Shown here: positions 57,334 to 64,000 of the stretch, piece by piece
Layout of the letters: the number at the start of each line of letters is the position of its first letter
How positions within the stretch are numbered: position 1 is the stretch's first letter
Source of the DNA: Schmidtea polychroa
Lineage: Eukaryota
Direction of reading: 5' to 3'
Assembly: GCA_044892525.1 (NCBI GenBank)
Contig: CM097885.1
Span: forward strand, 16,556,001-16,620,000
Length of the DNA stretch: 64,000 bases
Program-made: the position numbers and the translations under genes
Notes under the pieces: model-generated
What the model was told of the DNA's origin: nothing
Databases searched by the model: none
The model's input: only the letters and a program-made list of their open reading frames with translations

Positions 57334-58473
57334 TAATAAAGATATTTTTATGTGATCCCATTTATTTGTATGAAATAATCATAGTTATAGTCATATATTT
57401 ATTATTTTTTAAAGAATTTTTTATTTGTTTGTTTTTTGAGCGGTTTTCCAATGATGCATTTCCAATAGGCGCGTGTCAACTTCTTCATAGCTACTTTCAA
57501 AAAGAATGACTACAAAGCAGTTGACATTCACCAGTTGTTGGTGACAGTTTGGAGCTATGAGAGCATGATTAATCTTCGCCAAATTCAGAAGAAGGAACGT
57601 GAGTTCTAATAAGGTTCGATTTCTGTCACGGGAAATGGACAAGGTAAACCTAACTAGTCAAGAACGCACACAAACATTTAGTTAATAAAATTATCAGAGG
57701 TTAACTTACTATATAATATCAGTAAAATTCTAATTCAGTATCTCTCAAACATTTTTGGACTACCATCCTTGGATGAAAATTTTAGCAGTAATACTTGCCT
57801 GTTCTAGATATTTAGGGGCTTCGCCAACAAAATAGAAGATCTTTTAAGAGTTCTCCAATACAAAGTGAAACCATATAACTATTATTAATGTTTGCTTCCT
57901 AAAGTGTAGCTGTGACCCCACACGCATGTAAGTATTTATTACACTTTAATGGCTCTTTGCAAACAATTACATCGATATAATTAAAGTGATGCAGTAAGCA
58001 TAAAATAATTTTCAATTTAGATTAATTTAAGAATTTTTCAAAGATTTATACAACAAATATTGCATTTTCGCATTTATATAGGAGTGTGTGTGTGTGTGCA
58101 TATGTAATATATTTATATATGTATTTGTTACGGATACCTAATTAATAAATTCAAAAATATTATTGAATTCTAAAAGTCATTGTTTAATATTTTCATTGGG
58201 TTTTTTATTCTTATTAAACTAATCAATATATAATCGTAAGTAACTTATTCCCACCTCAGAGTTTGCTTCTCAATTATTCAGTCATGATTGAAAAATATCT
58301 GTTCAGAACGCCAAGCCCATACATCGCATTGATATTCAACCTTACAGAAAGACTAATACGCTTTTATTTTTATGCTTTCTGTTATTTCACATTCTAACTT
58401 TTTCAAAAAGAATTTAAATAAATGTTTTTGGTACCGCTTTAAATTGGGAAAAAATGAATTACTTAGATGTGTC

Positions 58474-58844
58474 CAGGGACGGCTTTACCATATAGGCGAA
58501 TTAGGCCGCCTAGGGCGCAAAAATATTTTTCTAAATTATTTCTCGAATATATAAAAAAAATTATTTATTGTGATATATTTAATTTTTCCCTTTCACAATT
58601 GTCACTCCTATATTATTTTGTACTATTATTTATGTATTTTGAAACTGCATATATTATTATATTTTGAAATGGACAAATTTTTTATTTTACTCAATAAAAA
58701 ATTTATTATGAAATGCCTACTCGTTGAATTGAGAAATTTAAATTATTAAAACATAATGTTTCAGTTGGCATTCTTTAAGGTAGGCGCTTCATAAAAATTC
58801 ATTTAGGGCGCTAGGCTTATACAAAATTTCTTGAGCCGCCCCAG
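58474..58844. mobile_element. hAT MITE, same family as 18451-18832
   Basis: TIR CAGGGACGGCT / AGCCGCCCCAG; perfect 8-bp TSD GATGTGTC. Confidence 0.9.
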
Positions 58845-59619
58845 GATGTGTCAATGACACAGTGTCATGGCTTGAAAAAGTTTGCCCACTACTGAAATAC
58901 GACAAGGTCATTCATTCAAACAAGTAAAAATCAAAGACAGAATTCACAATTAAAATATTTATCTGTTTAATGGAATATTATAGAAGTCGTAAAGTCTATC
59001 AATATATATGGTGTTTCCTAATTTAATTTTGGAAATCAATCAAATTGTAATTCAAGCCAGATTATCCAAATACTTCCACTCCTACAGTTACTATTTCCAA
59101 ATTGCCTACATTATCTAACAATATGAACCTAGTTATTTCACTATACGGAAGATAACTGCGACATGTAACTTTTGCTATTCTTTGTCGGTGTTATTTATCT
59201 GTTTGCTTGTTTATGTAAACGGTGTTGAAACTTACGACCATATATGACTCTGTAGTTGTATTTTATGTAGTTGTGTTTTAATATGTTTCAACTTCTTAAT
59301 CTAAATACCTTTCTTATATACTCAGTTTACCCTTTCATATTACTTTTTCTTCATACTACCAGATTTTAAATCATGTTGTCTAATCATACTCCTACCACTC
59401 CTTCATATTCCATCCCTAACCTTTATTCCTCATTATTATTCGTCTCCTCATACTACTCAATTTACTCCCTCATTGGTCTACATTGCCCTATAGTTGCCCT
59501 ATATAAGCTAATCAACAAGTTAACCTGATGCAACAGACATCAGATGAAAATCAAAATTCATGTTTAACGTTTGAGCTATACGCTAATTCGCTCAAAGTTT
59601 AACTAGTCACAGTTTTAGT

Positions 59620-60642
59620 GAATGAAGGGTGACGCAGGGAGTCTGTTACTTTGTGTCATGACCTATCCTTTTTTCTTGTTCTTGCATTTCTGGAGTCCAA
59701 TACTAGCCGAAGTTAATGATGCAAGGGAGAATTGCACTCGGTCAATCTGTGCAAAAATTGAAAGCATCGGCTCAATTTTGCCAGGAACAACGAGGTTTTT
59801 AGTATCAGAGACAACGGAGAGAGCACTGCAGATATCCCAAACTTACGAAATTTCGACAGAGAGAAGAGTTAGAAGGCGTAAAAAGAGTTCTGGCGAGCTT
59901 AGCTGTGATACCGGTTTGACCTTAGTACAAGCAATTTTCAGAAAACAACTAGAACCAATTGGTTGACTTTACATTGAAATTACAAAACGGACACCACAGA
60001 TGAATACACTTTACGAACGATTTTTGGATATTGATAAAGAAGACTATCTTTGAAAAAATTAAGCACACTTGTACTAAGTACATAGAGTTAAATGAGCAAC
60101 TATGACCGCTGAATTTAAACGCTTTCGGCGCCATATTATCTTATATAAGCTAAGCAACGCAGAGGAATAGATTGCTCACTGGACAGCTTTAGATTTGCTT
60201 CGGTGGATTTACGTGTGGAAGTTGCAAGAGAATTTGGCTAATTTGGCTGTGACGTTAAGAATTTTTTAATTATTACTGTATCAACTGCCAGTTGTGAAAG
60301 AAGCTTCTCAATGCTTAAATTAATAAAAATATTTCACAGGTCCACAATGAACCAGGAAATATTGAATAACCTAGCAATACTTTCAAAGAGAGATTTCACT
60401 GTAGATTTCAATATTGTTAGAGAAAATTTGCACAGATTAAAGCCAGGCGATTTTAAATAAATTTAAATGCCTACAGTTTTTAATGCATTGTATTTTACTT
60501 TAATATCTGAACAACTTAAATAACTATAAAAATTTAATAAATAACCTAGTAATTTCTGTAAATAGGAATGGCTAGTAACCAGTTGTAAGGGCGAATAATT
60601 CTTGCGTTGCCCCGGAGGCTGGTAACCCACGCTACACCACTG
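59620..60642 (+). mobile_element. 3' half of a degenerate hAT transposon
   Basis: RRVRRRKKSSGE and VSTASCERSFSMLKLIK motifs; terminus GCTACACCACTG. Confidence 0.8.
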
Positions 60643-60999
60643 TATATATACAATGTATTTTTCATTTTCACAAAACTTTTAAATGCGGTTGACTTTTTTA
60701 TTCGGCCCGCCTGTCTTCAAAAAATTTACCATGCCACCAAGATACTGCAAAAGGTTAAATACCCACGATTTAGTATAACATCACTGTACAAAATACCGAA
60801 TTGAACCATTGAACCACAAAAGTTCTGTACAAAAATCTGACACTAGTGCGACATAAAAAGCCCCTCGCTAGTGTGGTTACTTCACATTGACTTATTCAGT
60901 TTTAAAGAACATTAAAACCCTCCAATTTTTGATAATAACTCTCACCATTAAAGGCATGGCAAAAATAGCGCAGATAAATCGACATATAGTGATTCAATA

Positions 61000-61226
61000 G
61001 GTACTTCCGTGTTATCTTACCCCCAAAAATTAAATTAAAAAAAAACACATAATTATTATATTTATTTTCTAAATCACAGTTACAAACTCAGCAAATGTTT
61101 GTAAAGAGTTTGTAAATGGTCATCCAGGTGGCTAGAAAACCACAATGTCGTTGAGAATAGTGTCGAACACATCGGCACTGTTACTTAGAACACGTATTTT
61201 TGGGGGTAAGATAACACGGAAGTACC
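61000..61226. mobile_element. MITE with a 31-bp perfect TIR, Merlin-like
   Basis: GGTACTTCCGTGTTATCTTACCCCCAAAAAT and its reverse complement; imperfect 8-bp TSD ATTCAATA/ACTAAATA. Confidence 0.75.
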
Positions 61227-62523
61227 ACTAAATATATATACATATATATACAAACTTTCGTTCTAAAAATTTCATTTATATAATATGAATATCAAAGAAA
61301 TAAGTCTAAAACAAAATAATAAAATAACTCTTGCAAAACTGAAAAAGCTTATTAAATTAAACCTGTCATTTATTCTTATCATTTTCTAAAAATTGTAATC
61401 TTCTCGGTTTCTCTGCAAACTTTATTATGGAAGCGTTCACAAATTTTTCTTTGCCATTAATTCTCTTTCTATGTAAGTTCATCATGTATAAAACTTAAAA
61501 GTTTTAAAGTGTATGTTGAATTTTATACAGTAAAATACTACTGCAGGTCAGTACACTGCAGCCTATATTCGAAAATTTCCACCAAAATAGTCAATTAGTT
61601 ATTATTTGGGCTTCATAGAGCTCCGATTTTCTCAGAAATATGTTGAGGGACTAAAAAGATTTGACAAAGTTCCCTCAAAGACCTTCTTTTATTCTGCACC
61701 ACCTTTCAAAAAATCCTGCCGGCGCCCTTATATATATATATATATAGCTGAAACATATTTCCATTCATTGTTCACGCCTTTATTGTGGTTAACGCTCTAA
61801 ATAAACTTTAATTTTTAATACTCCTTAACCCAGTGTATCCCACGGTGGAGCACCGCACTTGAGAGGTGGGAGACGGAGCAAATATATTTTAATATAATAT
61901 GCTCATTTACGACTAAATATGACAACGTGCTCACAGCAATTTCATCTAGCGTTATTTTTGCATACTGGCAATACTGATTGTCGAAGTTTGACGGTTACTT
62001 CAAAGGGGCCGGTGGAGCATGGTATAAAGGAGGTCGGGAAACACTTGACAGGCTGTTGTAATTCTTGATTGTGTTTTACAAAAAAAAGATTTATGTAGTT
62101 AACAAAATAAAAATTAATTTGTTTTAAACTGTTGCATCTGTTTTTTTGTTACCTGGTCAATTTGAATTATTTTTTACACTTTCATTTGGTTTCTCCTTCC
62201 ACCCGCCCTCTTAATTTTTCCCATCTTTTATTTTTCATTTCAAGTCAACTGGATAATTCAAATGTCACCAGGGACGCCATAACACGCCCTATAGGAAATC
62301 TGTCAGGAACTCCTTCACACAGCCGTTTGGAAACCTATAATATTAGATCCCGTATTGAACGAGAACCAATCGGAAACCAATCCAATACCAGATTGCATTC
62401 AGCGCATGTAACCAAGCAATCATCCACAACCGAAGAACTAATCAATAAAATCAATCTCTTAATCAACCAATCACAGCCAGTCAAGAAAATAATTCAAATT
62501 ATTTATTTACAAAACCAATGAAA

Positions 62524-63960
62524 TCATTTATCGGGAATATTTGATTCCAATTGGTCTTCCGAGGGAACAATTCCTTTGTTTTTCAAATAAACTTTAAATT
62601 TGATTCCAGGATACTGTTTTGATTTAATATAGTATATCGATGGCAACTCGGTCCGCTTTTTTATCACGAGGCCGTCTGCAGCAACTGTCTCATAAGGCGG
62701 GAACATTTGCGCTTTCTCTTGCTCAGAAGGCTCATCAACTCTCTACAAATACGTAACGCACATAAATCACCAGATGTTAATTGCATCTCTGTTACACGTG
62801 TTGAAATCAATAAAAACTGATAAGGGATTTTGATCAAATCAAATAAAATTGTCTGAATTTTTATAATATTTGTTGTTTATAGTCAATTATAACTCAATGA
62901 ACCAGTAATTGCGGGAAACTCAATAGGCAATTGTCTGCCTTGATACTATTCCAATTTACGATAACATAAAAATATGGAAGAATTTCACAATTATCCACAC
63001 TAATTTGATGACATCCGATGGAATTAGAAAACTCTAACCGACATCCTACAGTGGATTAATTGATATAGAATAAGTCCATTATTAATCATGACGTAATCAT
63101 TACATAATTTGTGATTTCTTGGTACTTTAGGATTTTATAAATTTTCTCTAACGTTTTATAATATCCAATATTGTAGAATTGTAGTTTGTTATTGCTTCTT
63201 AAAATGAGCACGCATTTTACGTCTTCAGCAATAATATGCTCTATTCTGATAACACTGTGGAGTTTGAATTGTTTATAAGCAGCCACTTTTATTGACATAT
63301 CAGTGATTAACAAAACAGAAATATCGTATAATACCTAATTCTTATTCACCAGTTTAACAATAACATCAGTATTACAAAATTTAAAATAATATTAACGATT
63401 TTTAATATAATATCAATATCTTATTACGTCAGATTTTTACTCAGGTTTATATAATTAATAAAATAAATTTAGATTAAAATGAAATTTTTTTCAAAAATTT
63501 AAGAAATAAATAACCTTGAAATCCATATACTTTTCATGGGGTTTCAGTAACATTTTGGGGTTAGATTGGTTATGAAAATAATGATCTCTGATATACATTC
63601 CTAGAGTTGGTGGATAATCGCAAATATTATCTATTTTAACAATTTCAGCTTTATCAAATTTAGCATTCAGATATAAGTGTTCATCCGACTTATTAACTAG
63701 AACCCATACAGGAAGATAAGTAGTTTGAATATTTACGATTCCAACGTTCTTTCCACGTAATATTCGTTCTGCTGTAATTCTACTTCTATTATGAAACTTG
63801 TTAATTTTATTATTTTACAACTGATGAAAAATAATTTTACTTCACATGCCATGTGAACATCAGTGTTTTTCAGTATATAATAGCATGGCTCTTTGTACAA
63901 AGTAACTTCTGCTGCATTATAAACTATTCTACCAACACCAAAATTCTTTAAATTTTTACA
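62524..63960 (-). other. Coding-like segments of unknown identity (degenerate gene or multi-exon fragment)
   Basis: Several consecutive 60-100 codon open stretches on the same strand (about 63790-63490, 63340-63086, 63050-62895, 62706-62524). Confidence 0.35.
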
Positions 63961-64000
63961 AATTTCACCTAAAAACTTATAATTATTGACACATTTCTTA

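Overview
Very AT-rich eukaryotic genomic DNA with short GT-AG introns and many long (ATT)n microsatellites; it resembles a planarian-type (triclad flatworm) genome, which is an inference. I can support three spliced host genes: the first five exons of a carnitine palmitoyltransferase-1-like gene (minus strand, running off the left edge), a three-exon Ly6/uPAR (three-finger)-like GPI-anchored protein missed by the ORF track, and a two-exon SoxB2-type HMG-box gene. The rest is mostly transposon debris: a young 3.1-kb internally deleted Ty3/Gypsy element with TA...TA termini nested in a hAT transposase, an 853-bp solo LTR, hAT, Tc1/mariner, pogo and Merlin-like MITEs, and Penelope-like remnants. 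Two signals stand out. First, short dispersed, often fold-back repeats carry minimal hammerhead ribozyme variants (U3-A8 core, palindromic AATT stem III) and mostly sit in or beside (ATT)n tracts. Second, a decayed intronless reading frame has BCL-2-like BH1/BH2 motifs and a hydrophobic tail in a mobile-element context. All alignments and folds were done by eye.
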